Origin: Hydrurus foetidus
Taxonomy: Eukaryota
Length of the DNA: 64,000 nucleotides
Direction of reading: 5' to 3'
Assembly: GCA_900617105.1 (NCBI GenBank)
Contig: UYFQ01000779.1
Span: 124,001 to 188,000 of the forward strand
Shown: positions 38,526 to 52,806 of the stretch, piece by piece
Numbering within the stretch: the stretch's first letter is position 1
Layout: every line of letters starts with the position of its first letter
Made by a program: the position numbers and the translations under genes
The notes under the pieces: model-generated
What the model was told of the DNA's origin: nothing
The model's database searches: none
The model's input: the letters and a program-made list of their open reading frames with translations, nothing else

Positions 38526-38595
38526 TTACCCATATTTAAAAATAATCGCTTCAACAGGTTCTATTATTTGCAACTACTGTTCTTCTTTTACAACT

Positions 38596-38743
38596 GTTGT
38601 GTGGTATCACAACCTAAGTTGTGATTTTTTAATCTTGTGTTGTGATTTATGCAACTTGAGTTATAATTTTCATAACTCGAGTTGTGAAAATCTAATCTTA
38701 TCTTCCAATCCACAACAGGAGTTCTGATATCAGAACTCCTGTT
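38596..38743. repeat. Degenerate 21-bp-phased array of self-complementary units
   Basis: gtt(g/a/c)t(g/a) at 38596, 38618, 38639, 38660, 38681, 38721; ends in a perfect 30-bp palindrome. Confidence 0.8.
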
Positions 38744-38995
38744 TAAAATTATTTAACAAAAGTCGTTTTTATTAAATAAAATTCAAAAGGGCTCTCTAAA
38801 AATCACTGATACACTCTTAGAAATGACTTTGGGATGAGACTTAGGGTTTGAGATTGACAATTATGTAAATACAATAAGGTTTGTGACAACACTTTATTTT
38901 GAATAGCTAAATACTATTTTAATTTGACAATACGCCAACGGACTCAAATAAGTTTTATCAATATTCAAAATAAGAAATAACCTAATACACCAAAA

Positions 38996-39623
38996 ATGAA
39001 CATACAACAAGCATATAATATTTGGGCAAATCAGTATGATACCAATAGCAATAAAACAAGAGACCTTGAAGCTGTTTCTTTAAGAAATACGCTAGCCAAT
39101 TTGGAGTTTAATACTTGTTTAGAAATTGGTTGTGGAACAGGAAAAAAACACTGAGTGGTTTGTTCAAAAGCAACAAGTTACTGCTGTTGATTTTCTGAAG
39201 AAATGCTTGCTAAAGCAAGAATGAAAATAAGTGCTAACAATGTTGAATTTATACAGGCTGATATTACAAACGATTGTTTTTGCAAACAATCATTATGACC
39301 TTATTAGCTTTAGTCTTGTGCTAGAACATATTGAAAACCTGAACATCATTTTAAAAAGCATCAGATGTATTAGCCCCCATGGATTTGTATATATAGGCGA
39401 ACTTCATCCTTTAAACAATATGTAGGCACTAAAGCTAGGTTTGATACAGATGAAGGGCAACACATTGTTACTTGTTTTAATCATAATATCTCAGACTTTA
39501 CACTGTCTGCAAAAAAATAACGGTTTTGAAATAATTCTTATTGATGAATATTTTGATGATAATGACCAAGCTATTATTCCAAGAATTCTGACTTTGCTTT
39601 TAAGAAAAAAGGATAAAACCTAA
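38996..39623 (+). CDS. Class I SAM-dependent methyltransferase
   Basis: CLEIGCGTG, FSLVLEHI, IGELHP. Confidence 0.85.
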
Positions 39624-39726
39624 GATTCTTATACCAAATTTTTATATTGTAGCTATCATTTGTTTGCAAGGAAAGGCAATACCAATCTTTAAACATCGTT
39701 TACAAATTTGAACATCAATAAACAAA

Positions 39727-41149
39727 ATGACAAACAATCAAACTGCTGCTTTTAAACCAACACTAGATTATTTGATGCAACTATGATAGTTGCATGGCGC
39801 ATGATTGGCTCAGAATTTTATTGTTAGTGCCGATATCACCAGAAATGTGGGTAGTGCTGGCTGGCTTATTTTAGTGTGGGTGTTAACCGGTTTTATGACA
39901 TTGGTTGCAGCCCTTAGCTATGGCGAATTATGTGGAATGTTTCCTAAAGCTGGTGGTCAGTATGTTTATTTAAAAGAGGCATATAATCCTTTAGTTGGTT
40001 TTTATATGGCTGGAGTTTTTTACTGTTATTCAAACTGCAACCATTGCTGTGCTGTTGGTGTTGCTTCAGGCAAATTTCTCATATTTGGTTCCTCAACTCG
40101 GCAATAATTATTTTTAACATAGGTGAGTTAAAAATATATTCTGGTCAGTTGGTAGCAAAATAGCAATTATTTCCTTCCTCACTTTTATGCAAACGTTGTA
40201 AAGCAAGCCGGATTCAAAGGTTTCTACTTCTGCCAAACTTTTAGCACTTTTGGCTTAATTATCTGTGGTTTTTTCTTAGTAGAAGAGAGTTTTGGAACGC
40301 TAATATGCAAACAGGTTTTAATGCAATGCAAAAACTTTGGAGAAAAAGATGCTACGGGAATATTGCACAAAAAAAAGATTGGATAGGAATTGAGGTAGTG
40401 CTTTAGTATGTGCTATTGCTGCTGCTATGAAGGCGTATTTTTAGTAGCGATGCCTGGAATAATGTAACTTTATTGCAGGAGAAATGAAAAATGCCAAACG
40501 CAACTTAGGTTTGCTTTTAAGCTGGGAACTCTTGATTGTAATCTATAATTTATGTTAAGCGCAAACTTGATGTATTTAAACGTAATGCCTTTGCAAGAAC
40601 TTGCTTTCCAACAGACGATAGAGTGGCTGCTGCTGCCAATAAAAATATTTCCTGTTCTTTGGTACTACATTAATTAAGCTGTGTGTATAATGAGTTTCAA
40701 CTTTTGGCTGCAACAATGGATTAATATTTGCTGGTGCAAGGGTTTATTATACAATGGCAAAAGATGGTTTGTTTTTAAACAAGTTGGTCAGTTAAATAAA
40801 TCTTGATGTGCCACAAGTTTGCATTATGGATTCAGTGTATTGCAGCTAGCCTTTGTGCGTTTAAGTGGAAATATGTGACTTATTAGATATGATTTCTTTT
40901 GTTGTGGTAATGTTTTATATGCTAACTATTGCAGGAATTTTATTTTAAGAAAAAGCAACCCAATACACCCAGACCTTACAAGGCTTTTGGCTATCCAATT
41001 CTTCCAATCATTTATATACTGCAATGGGATTAGCATTTTGTATTTTACTAGTTATTTACAAGCCCAATTATACTTGGCCAGGTTTAATAATTACCCTTGC
41101 AGAATTCCTGTTTATTACTTAATTGTAAGTGGCAAAAAGAAAGTGTTTA
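39727..41149 (+). CDS. APC family amino acid permease
   Basis: ALSYGELCGMFPKAGGQYVYL, SDAWNNV, GARVYYTMAKDG, RPYKAFGYP. Confidence 0.85.
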
Positions 41150-42145
41150 ATATTTATTTTAGACTCATCATTTTTTTCTCTAGTAAATGCCAACTAATAA
41201 TGGCATAGTGGCAACACAATTAACATAGTGTAGAAGAATAGTGCTGATCAAGCAACATTTGCTGTACTAAAATTTGTTGTATAGGAAACGAGAAAAATAT
41301 AAATACTCCATAAGTAAAATTCCATACTTTACCAATCCATTAAGCATTCTCTATTTGGAGGTAACAGCAATAATAAAAACAGGAATGGCACTAACCTTTA
41401 AAAAATCTTAATCCCAAAAACTGCTAACTAACAAAGAAACTACAAATTAGCAAAGCATATATTGATTTTGAGAATCTGACCTTTAAAAATACAATAAACT
41501 AGCATTAAGAAAAATTATTGGAATAAAACTACTAGATGTAATTTAAGCTATGCAATAATTGCCCCTGCAAACTAGTAGTACTTATATAATAAACAATGTT
41601 TAATGTAAAAAATAATGGATATAAAAAAAGCTTTAGCTGAACTACGAAATAAAATACCAAAGCTATAAATAGATAAAGCCTTTCTTCAATTACCAGTGTC
41701 CATAAGAGCCATCTACTCCATTTTCTGTATTGTTTGAGAATACTTGTGGCAGTGTGAATCTGATTCCAAAACCGGGAGAACGGTTTTAGATAAGCCCAAG
41801 TGTCTTTATTGGCAAAATAATTTGTTGTAGAAAGTGAGGTAAATAAAAATCCAACAATAAAAACTGCAATAAGACACCATACAATTAATAATAAAGGTTG
41901 AATGCGTAAAAAACGTTTCCAGATATAATTTTAAAACTTGCAGAAGTGAGCACCACCAAATATCCACCGCAACTAAAAAAACACATAAACCAATAAAAGA
42001 AAACTGAATAGTTTGATGAGAAATTGATTCAATGGCTCTTTTTCTGACAATTTTAATAAATCGTACGAGTGAGAAAATGTAATAAAAATAGCAGCCAATA
42101 GCCTAGCATATTATATTTATTTTGTTGTCGCTCGTCGAAATTCAT
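41147..42145 (-). CDS. Acyltransferase-3 (OafA-like) membrane protein
   Basis: LAAIFITFSHSY, RFLRIQP, GSLWTL, DFTYGVFIFSF, ISWHLLEK. Confidence 0.75.
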
Positions 42146-42323
42146 CGTCAATACAGTAGGTATACACACCAGCCAGCCAAAAATATTATTACAAAGTAAT
42201 TCCATAAATTCATTAAATTGCATCATCTTTTAAACATAAAGAACCACACAGTTTATAGCAAACTTATACCTACTAACTTCTTACGAAGAAAATAAAGCGA
42301 CTTTTACTTAAATTTTTTAATGG

Positions 42324-45300
42324 ATGAAAAAAACTCTCACTAGCATTTGTAATTTTATGCTCTAAACTTGTTGCACAACCTTTGAATAACGAGTGGATTG
42401 ATTTTACCAAACCTACTATAAATTCAAAGGGTTCAACAGGTTTATACAGAATCAATCAAACAACTTTAGCAAATGCTGGGCTTTGAAGGTGCAAGCTGAG
42501 CAGTTTCAACTTTGGAGAAATGGAGTACAAATCCCTTTGTTTACAAGTGTTTCAACTGGTACTTTATCAACTACAGACTTTAGAGTTTTGGGAGAAATGA
42601 ATGATGGTAAATTAGATAAGGACTTATATAAAACACAGCCAATCAATTATCAGATAAATTAAGTTTATTAACAGATACTGCTGCTTTCTTTTTAACTGTA
42701 AAATACAAACACAGCAAGTAATTTTAAGATATAGTAATGTATTCAACAATGTTGCAGGAAACGTATTACCAGCAGAGCCTTATTTCAATCATACTTTAAG
42801 ATTTAATTATAAAGAAAGAGCCAATCGTGGTTATGCATATTATGTTGGAGAAGATGTTTATTCATCTACTTATGATGTTGGGGAGTTCTTTCTACAAACG
42901 ATATTAGCTTAGCTTCTGGAGCATATAAAATTCCTTTAAAAATTTATATATAGAAAATACAGGTGCTGCTGCCACACTAAATGCAGGGCTTTTTGGCAAT
43001 TCTTCAAAACAAGAAATATTAAAGTAAATATTAATAATACCAATTTTATTGATAAACTATTTAGTGGTTTTGTAGCATCTGTAAAATACAGTAAACAATA
43101 TTCCACTTTCTACTTTTAATGGAACATCAGATACTGTTGCTATTAGCATTGTTACAACTGATGCATTTGACAGAGTAGTTGCAAGTTTTGTAGAACTACA
43201 ATATCCAAGACAATTTAATTTCGATGGTAGCAGTAATTTCAGCTTTCAAATTCCCTGCTTCTGCAACTGGTAATTTTTAAAAATTTCAAATTTTAATAAT
43301 GGTTCAGCAGCTCCTGTTTTATATGATATCACAAATCTTAAATACTATATTGGCGATTTATCGCTTGCAGGATTTATTCAGTTTGCAATACCATCAACAA
43401 GCACATCAACAAATTATATTTTAGTTAGTAGAAATGCAAGTAATATCAATAGCGTTTCATCTTTACAAACAAAGAATTTTACAAACTTTGGTGTTCACGC
43501 AAATCGGAGATTATCTTATCATTACTCATAAAAATTTAACCTCTGGTACAAATGCTGTTGAGCAATATAGACAATACAGAAGCAGCACTATTGGTGGAAA
43601 TTTTGTAGCAAAAATTATGATATTGATGAGCTTGTTGATCAATTTGCTTTTGGCATAAAAACATCCTTTGGCTGTTCGTAATTTTTACGAATGAGTAATA
43701 CAGTGTTTACTAACAAACCTCAATATGTTTTTATATTGGTAAAGCTGTTACTTATGATGAGTATAGATTTTTAGAAAACACATCAACTATTGAAGCACAA
43801 AATCTTGTTCCAACTTTTGATGGCCAGCATCTGATGCAATGCTAACATCGCCAAATAATAGCGAACCTGCACCGATTTATCCTTTTGGTAGATTATCTGC
43901 AATTAGACAAGAAGAAGTTTTAGATTATTTAGATAAAGTAAAACAGTTTGAGCAACAAGCTGCAAACACAACACAAACCATTGCAAACAAAGCTTGGATG
44001 AAACAAGTGAGTGCGCTTGCTGGTGCAGATGAACCTAGCCTTGCCGATTTGTTAACCTATTACTTGGGACACTATGAAACCAAAATTATTGATACCAATT
44101 TTGTGCAACAGTTACAACATTTAGCAAAAAAAATGGTAGTGCTACAAGCAATGCAACGCAAGCAGATATGGCAAAAGCTTTTTGAAAATGGTATTGATTG
44201 TTAACATATTTTGGACACTCAGCAGCATCGTTTAGCATTTAATTTAAACAATCCCGATGATTATATAATACTGGGAAATATCCTGTGTTTTTAGTAAATG
44301 GTTGTAGTGCTGGCAATTTCTTTGATTTTGATGTAAATAGGTTTATAAGTATTAGTGCTATTGCAGAAAGATTTGTGTTTGCAAAAACAAAGGAAGTATT
44401 GCAATGATAGCAACGTCTCACTTTGGTTTAACAAATTATCTTGATTATTATTCCACAGGTTTTATAACTCATTAACTAATGCTGACTATGGAAAATCAAT
44501 TGGGCAAAATATGGTTGCTGCATTGGCTACCTTAAAAGCAAAACAACGAATTTTACTGAATATTTTGTATAACCTACGGTGAGCAATTTATTCTTCATGG
44601 AGATCCAGCTATAAAATATACACACATCCAAACCAGATTTTGTTGTAGAAGATCAGCAAGTTTCTGTAACGCCAAGTTTTATTTCTGTTGCAGATAATTC
44701 CTTCAATCTAATAGCTTATTTATACAATATTGGTAAAGGAACTGGCGATTCTGTAAGAGTTGTTGTAAAACGCCAATTGCCAAATGGCACTATTAGTGAA
44801 ATATTGAATAAAAATATTGTTTCTATAAGGTATAAAGATTCTATTAATTTAACAATTCCAATTGATCCTTTAACAGACAAAGGAAATAACAGTATTACTA
44901 TTTGTATTGATAGTGATAATAAGTATGATGAATTAAGTGAAACAAACAATTGTGTAACAAAATCGTTTGTAATTTTGAAGATGAAATAAAACCAGTTTAT
45001 CCTTATAACTATGCTATTGTAAACAAAGCACAAATAAAACTAGCAGCATCAACAGCAAATCCATTAAGCACTTTAAAGCAATATGTAATGGAGATAGATA
45101 CTACAACTTTGTTTAATTCTTCGTTTAAAATAACCAAATTTGTTTCATCTGTTGGCGGCTTAATTGAGTTTGACCCATCAATTAGTTTTGTTGATAGCAC
45201 TGTATATTATTGGAGGTTGCACCTGTGCCAACAACAGCAGTTTATCGTTGGAATAATAGCAGCTTTGTTTACTTGCAAAATGCAGTTAAAGGTGGTTATA

Positions 45301-47369
45301 ATCAATCTCATTTTTATCAACATAATGAAAGTAATTTATATGATGTAGCAGCAGATACAACATCACGAACATTTGCATTTCCAGTAATAAATCAAACATT
45401 AACCATAAGAAATCAGGTTTGGTTTGCAGGTCGTGATGCTGATAATGAATATTCAATTGCAATTAATGATGCCCTTAATACTAAAACACTTGGTATATGT
45501 TGGAGAGGGCAAAATATTACTACACCATATTCAATCCATCAACACTAAACCCAACATTTAATCTTTCACCAAATGCACCTTCGTGACAGTTTGGTAGTTT
45601 GGGTTATCCTGGCACTGTTCCTGGTAGAAATATGATTTTGCATTTACCACAACCTCTGTTGCTGGCAGAAAAAGTGCAATGGATTTTATGGATAATAATA
45701 TTCCTAATGGAAGCTATGTTGTAGTTCGTTCAATCATCCTTGATGATGCAGCTTGGCCAGCACCAACTTATGCAAATGATTGGATGCAAGATGAAAGTAT
45801 TTATGGAGCAGGAAATAGCTTATATCACAAATTAAAAATGCTGGTTTTGCAGATATTGATTCATTTAATAAAAAGAGCTTTTGCATTTGTGTATCAAAAA
45901 TAATAACACATTTACACCTGTTTGGAAATTTTCGGCTAATGATTTAGATAATCTTTTATTAAAAGTAAATGTTGAAACAAAACCTAACGAAGGTTATATT
46001 GTATCTCCAAAATTTGGACCTGCACAAAAATGGTATAATATGCTTTGGGCTGGTAAAGAAATGACTTAGAAGATGTGTTGAGTCTTAAAATTCTTGGTGT
46101 CAAAACAGATAATACTGTTGATACTTTAAGCACGTTAACAGAAATTCAAACTAATAATGACATCAGCACAATTAGTGCTACTGTGTATCCTTTCCTAAAA
46201 TTATATATTCAAGTTAAAGACATAGTAAATCTTAGTGCATATCAACTAAAATATTGGCGTTTATTGGCTGATCCTTTACCAGAAGGAGCTTTAGCACCAA
46301 ACCTTAAGTTTACTTTTAAAGACACTTTAGATGCAGGTGATGTTCAAAATATTGCTATTGCATTTAAAAATATTAGTGATATGCCTTATGGCGATAGCAT
46401 TGCTGTTAAACTTCAAATAACCGATAATAGTAATATTACTCAAACTATTGCTGTACCTAAGATTAAGAAACTACAACCTGGAGATTCTGTTACTATTTCA
46501 GCATCAATTCCTACAGATAATTTAATAGGAAAAATAGTTTCTATATTAATGTAAATCCAACAGATAATCCACAAGAGCAAAGTCTCTATAACAATTTTGC
46601 TTATAGAAATTTCTTTGTCAAAGGAGATAATAAAACCCAATTTTAGATATCACTTTCGATGGAACACATATTCTAAATGGTGATATAGTTTCTAGCAAAC
46701 CTAATATTCGTGTGACTTTGAAGGATGAGTCGAAATATTTAGCATTAAATGATACTTCGCTTGTAATAGTTCAACTAAGAATGCCAAATGGCCTTTTACG
46801 TCAGTATAAATATGGAACGGATACTTTAAGATTTAATCCTGCAAATATTGCAGCCGGAAACAATACTGCATCTGTAGAATTCAACCCAACTTTATTGGAA
46901 GATGGAAGTTATGAATTATATGTTAAAGCAAAAGATAAAAGCAATAATGCTGCTGGACCTCAACAATATCGTGTGTTGTTTACGGTTAATAACAAGCCAA
47001 TGATTAGTAATGTATTTAATTATCCTAATCCCTTTACTACATCTACAGCATTTGTTTTCACTTTAACAGGAACACAAATACCACAAATGTTTAGAATCAA
47101 ATTTTAACTGTTACTGGTAAAATTGTGAAGGAAATTAATAAAAACGAATTAGGCAATTTGCATATTGGTAGAAATATTACTGATTATAAATGGGATGGAA
47201 CAGATACTTATGGACAAAACTTGGAAATGGAGTTTATCTATACAGAATCATTACATCGCTTGATGGTAATGCATTAGACAAGTTTCAAACCACCGATTTA
47301 TCTGGCTATAATGTTGATACAGATAAATACTTTAAAGCTGGTTATGGTAAAATGTACTTGATGCGATAA
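42324..47369 (+). CDS. Large C25 (gingipain-like) peptidase-domain protein, PorU-like, with Ig/CARDB-like regions and a T9SS-type C-terminus
   Basis: NEWIDF, DYLIITH, YFGHS, VNGCSAG, HGDPA, VFNYPNPFTTST, GVYLYR. Confidence 0.8.
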
Positions 47370-47378
47370 GTTTGCAAT

Positions 47379-47753
47379 ATGAAATCAGTAGGAATAGGAA
47401 CTCGTGTTATTAATTTTCTTGTAGATACACTTGTAGTTTTACAATTGCTTATATAGCTGCAAAAATTAATAAGTATTATGCTTTTCAGCATAGAATGGTT
47501 TACGTTCGATTTGGATATGTCTTTTTGCAAGTTTGTTTGTTTATTATACTATTTGCAAGTATTGTTTGCAAGAACTTTGGGCAAATTAGCAAGTTATACA
47601 AAGGTTGTAAATAGTGAAGGCAACCGTCCAAACATATTGCAAATACTGATTCGTAGCCTAGTAAGACTTACTATAATTGATATGTTTTTTATTCCATTTT
47701 TAGATAAAACACTTCACGATTATTGCAGCAAAACAAATGTTGTAGAAATCTAA
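47379..47753 (+). CDS. RDD family protein
   Basis: TRVINFLVD, RTLGK, ILIRSLVR, LHDYCSKTNVV. Confidence 0.8.
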
Positions 47754-47821
47754 AAAGTACAAAGTTTGAAGTACGTTTTCTAAGCAAATCAACCAATTAA
47801 CAAATTAACCAATCAACTGGA

Positions 47822-49038
47822 TTGTCTTTATCTTTCTTTATAGCAAAACGAATCGCGTTTAATAAGCAGAAATCATTTTCTCGTTTCATCATCAGATTAT
47901 CTGTTGTTGCTACTGCATTAAGTGTTATGGTGATGATTATTGCTTTGGCTTTTGCAACAGGTTTTCAAAATACGATTTCAAAAAGTATTTAGTTTTTGGG
48001 GACATATTCGTGTGCAACATTTTGAGCTTGGCAAAGCAGCTGTTGCAGAAGAAACACCCATTGCAAAAAATGATACTGTTGAAACTATTCTTCGTTCAAA
48101 CAAAACATTATTCACATTAACACTTTGCAACCAAAAGTGCTGTGTTGACAAAACAAAGAAATAGAAGGGTTTTAATAAAAGGGATAGATTCAAATTACGA
48201 TAGTACACAAATGAAGCCCTTTATTAGTCGGCAGATGGTTAAACTTTAATGATAGTTTATACAGCAAAGAAATTATTTTATCCAGCACTATTGCAAAGCA
48301 TATTAATGCTAATATAAATGATACTATTAAAGCTGTATTTATTAATGCTGCAAACGGTTCATCAACTTATCGCAAACTTCGTGTGGCTGGCATTTATAAA
48401 ACTGGAATGGAAGAAAATGACAAACTGTTTGTAATTGCCGATATCGAGTTAATACAACGCCTTAATAATTGGGAATCTAATCAAATTGGTGGCTACGAAG
48501 TTTTGTTAACGACTATCACAAAATGACTGCCATTAACGATAGTATTAACCTGCCGATTATTTGGCAATCAAAACCATTAAAGAGGTTTATCCATCAGTGT
48601 TTGATTGGTTAGCTGTACAAGATACTAACCGAAATATTGTGTTTGTAATTATGTCTATTGTAGCCATTATTAATCTAATCCACTTGTTTACTTATTTTGG
48701 TGTTAGAACGCATTAAAATGATTGGCATATTAAAAGCATTAGGCATTAAACAATGCCACCATACAACAAATATTTCTTTTCTATGCAGGCATCATATCCT
48801 TTGTAGGTGTTGGGCTTGGAACCATAGTAGGCGTTGGGCTTTGCATATTACAGCAACAAACACATCTCTTTAAAATGAACGAAGAAAACTACTATGTTGC
48901 TTATGCCCCAGTTGAACTTATTTGGTGGCAGGTTGGTATTATTTGTATTGTAACTTTTATTATTTGTTTTGCTGCACTTATACTTCCAACACTATTGATA
49001 AAAAAGTAGAACCAGTTAAAGCAATTGCTTTTCAATAA
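47822..49038 (+). CDS. ABC transporter permease (LolC/E, FtsX-like)
   Basis: [38 protein letters not shown]. Confidence 0.85.
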
Positions 49039-49044
49039 AAATTT

Positions 49045-50405
49045 CTACCAATTTAAATCCATTTCATTATCCCATTTATTTACAAGTAATTTGGTTTTCA
49101 CAGGCATCACTTTTCTGGTTGGCGTTTCTGTTTATAATTGCCTGCATCCCAAATACCATTGCTGTTTTCATCTATCAAAACACGCAATATTCGCCAGGTT
49201 TAAAAAATCTTGCTTTATTTCTTTTGATACAATGGCAAAAGAGTTTTGTATTTTACCATCTTTCAGCACTTGTAATACTGCATTTTTGCAGCTTGATTGC
49301 ATCTTTATTTTATCTTACCATAATCATTCTCTCCAAACGAAAAGAATTTAATAGTATCATTTTTTGTTAGGGTAACACCTGTTGAATCTGCCATTGAATC
49401 TTTGCTTAATAGCAAATAATATTTTGTATCTAAACTAATTTTGTTTTAATAGTAAGATGTGTTGCTGTGCTATCAAAACTCATTACAGTTTCTTTTACAG
49501 GGTTAAACTGCTATCTAAAAATTGTATAGCATTCTTACTTTTAAAACTACTTTTCTATTAAACAATATTTTTAAAGAACTATCCAAAACATCATATCTAT
49601 TGTTAACAAGGCTTGTTGTATAACGTAATTTTTGTCTCCTTTTTCCTTTCCTCTTCTGTTGTTAGCTGCTTTGGGCAGGTTCTGCTTCTCTATATGCGTA
49701 CAAAGAATAATTTGCAGTAGAATCTGTAGTATTAATTGGTTCGTTTACAAAGCAAATAGCTTTGTAGTATCATCATATTTTTGCTATAGTCATTGGGCAA
49801 AACAAAAATATTATAAGTGGCTTTTGGCAAATTAGTAAAGCTAATTACCAGCACCATCAAGCTTTGTAAGATATCGTGGTCTTAGTTTTGTAACGGCAGT
49901 ATCATTTAAATTAGTGTGTAAAACAACCGTTAATGTGCTATCAACTTTACCATCTTTTGCTAGTATGACTTTGCCTTTAATATTGTAGTGGTCTATTGTT
50001 TTTCCTGTGCTAAAATGTATGTTTTATTCTTTGCAATATTGCCTTCATTTACATCTTTAATTGCATTACCAAAATTGATGGTATATGTAGTATTGGGTTC
50101 TAAAGAATCTTTTAAAGTAACATATACATTGCGAAGTTTATAATCAACAACTGGCAGATTTGTTGGTAATGGATTTACCAACAAGTTTTGTTGCATTTCC
50201 TAGCTTCAACATATTCATCAAATGTGAGTGTGATTTTTTGAGTTAAAGTTGATAGAAGAATCTTTAGGAAATGCCATTATTAAATTAGGTGGCAAAGAAT
50301 CTCTTGGTCCACCACCAGGGGAATAATATTGGCACAGCTTGTAGCAAAATTTGCTATCACTACTATAACAATCAATCTACTAAAAAGTATAGATGTAAAT
50401 TTCAT
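49045..50405 (-). CDS. Ig-like (Big_5) domain lipoprotein
   Basis: SCANI..PGGGPRDSLPP, SLEPNTTYTINFGNAIKDVNEGN, FDRDENSNGIWDAG. Confidence 0.8.
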
Positions 50406-50410
50406 TGCTG

Positions 50411-50418
50411 CAAACTTA
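50411..50418 (-). promoter_or_regulatory. Bacteroidota -7 promoter element
   Basis: taagtttg just upstream of the Ig-like gene ATG. Confidence 0.45.
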
Positions 50419-50549
50419 TTTGTTTTAATCTCTTTAGAGTAATAGAGAATGTTAATTTATATGATGAATGTTATTTGAAATAAGCAGCATAATACTAAAA
50501 TTCATTAATATTGTCTCTATAAATATTCTAACATACTAAAAATATAACG

Positions 50550-51386
50550 ATGCCAAATACCATTTTCCCTTGCCTTTGGTTCGATGGACAAGCCAAAGCA
50601 GCCGCAGATTTATACTGTTCTATTTTCAGCAATTCAAAAATAACCACAGATACACCGATGGTAGTTCAGTTTGAGATAGAAGGTAAAAATAATGGGTTTA
50701 AATGGTGGACCAATGTTTAAAATCAATCCATCTATTTCATTATTTGTTACCTGCCAAACCAATGAAGAAATTGAAAATATTTGGAATAAATTAATTGATG
50801 GTGGCAATGCAATGATGGCTTTGGACAAATATCCTTGGAGTGAAAATATGGTTGGTTGGTTGATAAATTTGGAATGACCTGGCAATTGATGTTGGGTAAT
50901 ATGCCAGCCGAGTCTAAAAAATAACTACTAGTTTTCTTTTGTTGCAGAACAATATGGCAAGGCAGAACAAGCAATAAAACACTACACTTCCATCTTTCCA
51001 AATTCTCAAATACATAGTTTGCAGCAGTATCAGGCTAGTGAAGGTCAGCCGGAAGGCACTTTAAAATTTGGAAATTTTAGTTTAAATAATGAATTGTTTG
51101 CAGCAATGGATGGTTTTGGTGCACACGATTTTAAATTTAATGAAGGCGTTTCTTTGGTGGTTGAATGCGACACACAAGATGAAATCGATAACTACTGGAA
51201 TAGTCTTTTGGCAGATGGAGGAAAAGAAAGTATGTGTGGTTGGCTGGTTGATAAATTTGGTGTTAGCTGGCAAATTATTCCAAAATTATTGGCAAGTTAA
51301 TGTCCGATCCAGAAAAGGGTGCAAGGGTAATGCAGGCTGTGATGAAGATGAAAAAGCTGGATATTGAAACAATGATAAATGCTTAA
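50550..51386 (+). CDS. Tandem-domain VOC/PhnB (3-demethylubiquinone methyltransferase-like) protein
   Basis: PCLWFDGQA, LNGGPMFKINPSISLFV, CGWLVDKFGVSWQIIP. Confidence 0.9.
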
Positions 51387-51397
51387 TGATAGCGTTA

Positions 51398-52800
51398 TTA
51401 ATTGTAATTTGATAACCTAAATTCAACACTATTTTCTTTGTTCCATTGATGATACCACGACAGTTTGTTGCTTTGCAAGAACATTCAAACCCTTGTGCTG
51501 TATCATTAATTAACAAAGCGTAATCCAGTGTTAATTCTTCACCTTTCAAAATATCTCTGTCGGCAGTAACATTTAATCCAAAGTATTTTGTATTGGCATT
51601 GCAACTATGATTTTGTGGAGCCCATTCTGCTGCATCTTCATCCCAAAGAGTAAAACATTTTTGCTTATCGGGTAAGCATAGCGTGCAAAATCTTCTTTCT
51701 GCTTTTCATTCCAATTTGTATCAACATATTGTTTTGTAACGATGCGTTGAGCTTTTCTTCTCCTTTAAAATCACATCATTTTTAAAATATTTTTGTTGCA
51801 TAAATGCCGTAGCCATCAATTGCATTGCCTTTAACTTGATAATATTTTTGTTTGCGTTGATGTCTTGCTATGCCTTCTTCAATAATATGTTTTAAAAACC
51901 TGCTTGACCAATAGCATCAAACTTTAAGATATAATCTGCACTACCTTCATATCCATCTTTATAAAAACGCTACAAGTAAAATTTATTTCTAAGAAAAAAG
52001 TTTGCTTTGTTCATTCATTCTAAAATCTAAACGTGCGTAACCAACACCATTAAATGCAGTAAAATATTTTGTGCAGCAATGCATAATTTTTCTTTTAGTG
52101 TAATGTCAGTAACAGGTACATTGGCATCTAAATGCAGTTCACTTGTTTTTAAACTATAGGTCTTATAACTTTTATCTTTAGGAAAAACATATTCAACTGG
52201 TGTAAATGCTTGGCAAGTTTTTCCATCAGCATTTGCGGCTACTAGCACTGTAAATTCTCTTCCTGCAACATATTCTTCAATCAATAATTCATCATATTCA
52301 TCAATAATTTTTAAAACTTGTTGTTGAAGTTCTTGGTTGTTATGCACCAAAGAGTTTTCATCAATACCTAAGCTATCACCAGCTTTGGCAGGTTTTATAA
52401 ATAGTGGAAAGAATAATTCAACATTATCAATTCTTGTAATGAATTTATTTTTGATATGAAGGTGTTGCTACTCCTGCACAATATGCAACATATTTCATCA
52501 GCTCTTTTGCTGGGTCATAGAGTTTTAAATTTGGGCCAGTATATGGCAGATTCAATAACTCCAAAGTGTAAATAACATCAATGCTCGGCACTGTCCATTC
52601 TAAATAACCTTCACAAAGATTTACAAAAACATCATAGCCTTTTTGCTGGCATCTTTAAGTTGTTTATAAGTTGATAGTTTATTTAAAAGATAGTGTCAAC
52701 TTCATCATTTGGCAATAATGAAGATACATCACGAGCTGGATCGTAGTTTTTATAATCTACGCTTGAGGTTGAATAATGGAAGAAGGACACAAACTTTCAT
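51398..52800 (-). CDS. Ddl-like ATP-grasp ligase fused to a C-terminal SET/post-SET methyltransferase domain
   Basis: NLCEG, PYTG, IKPAKAGDSLGI, EEYVAGREFTV, GYARLDFR, LEINFTC; then GYGIYAT, QNHSCNAN, GEELTLDY, FECSC...C. Confidence 0.85.
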
Positions 52801-52806
52801 TTAACT

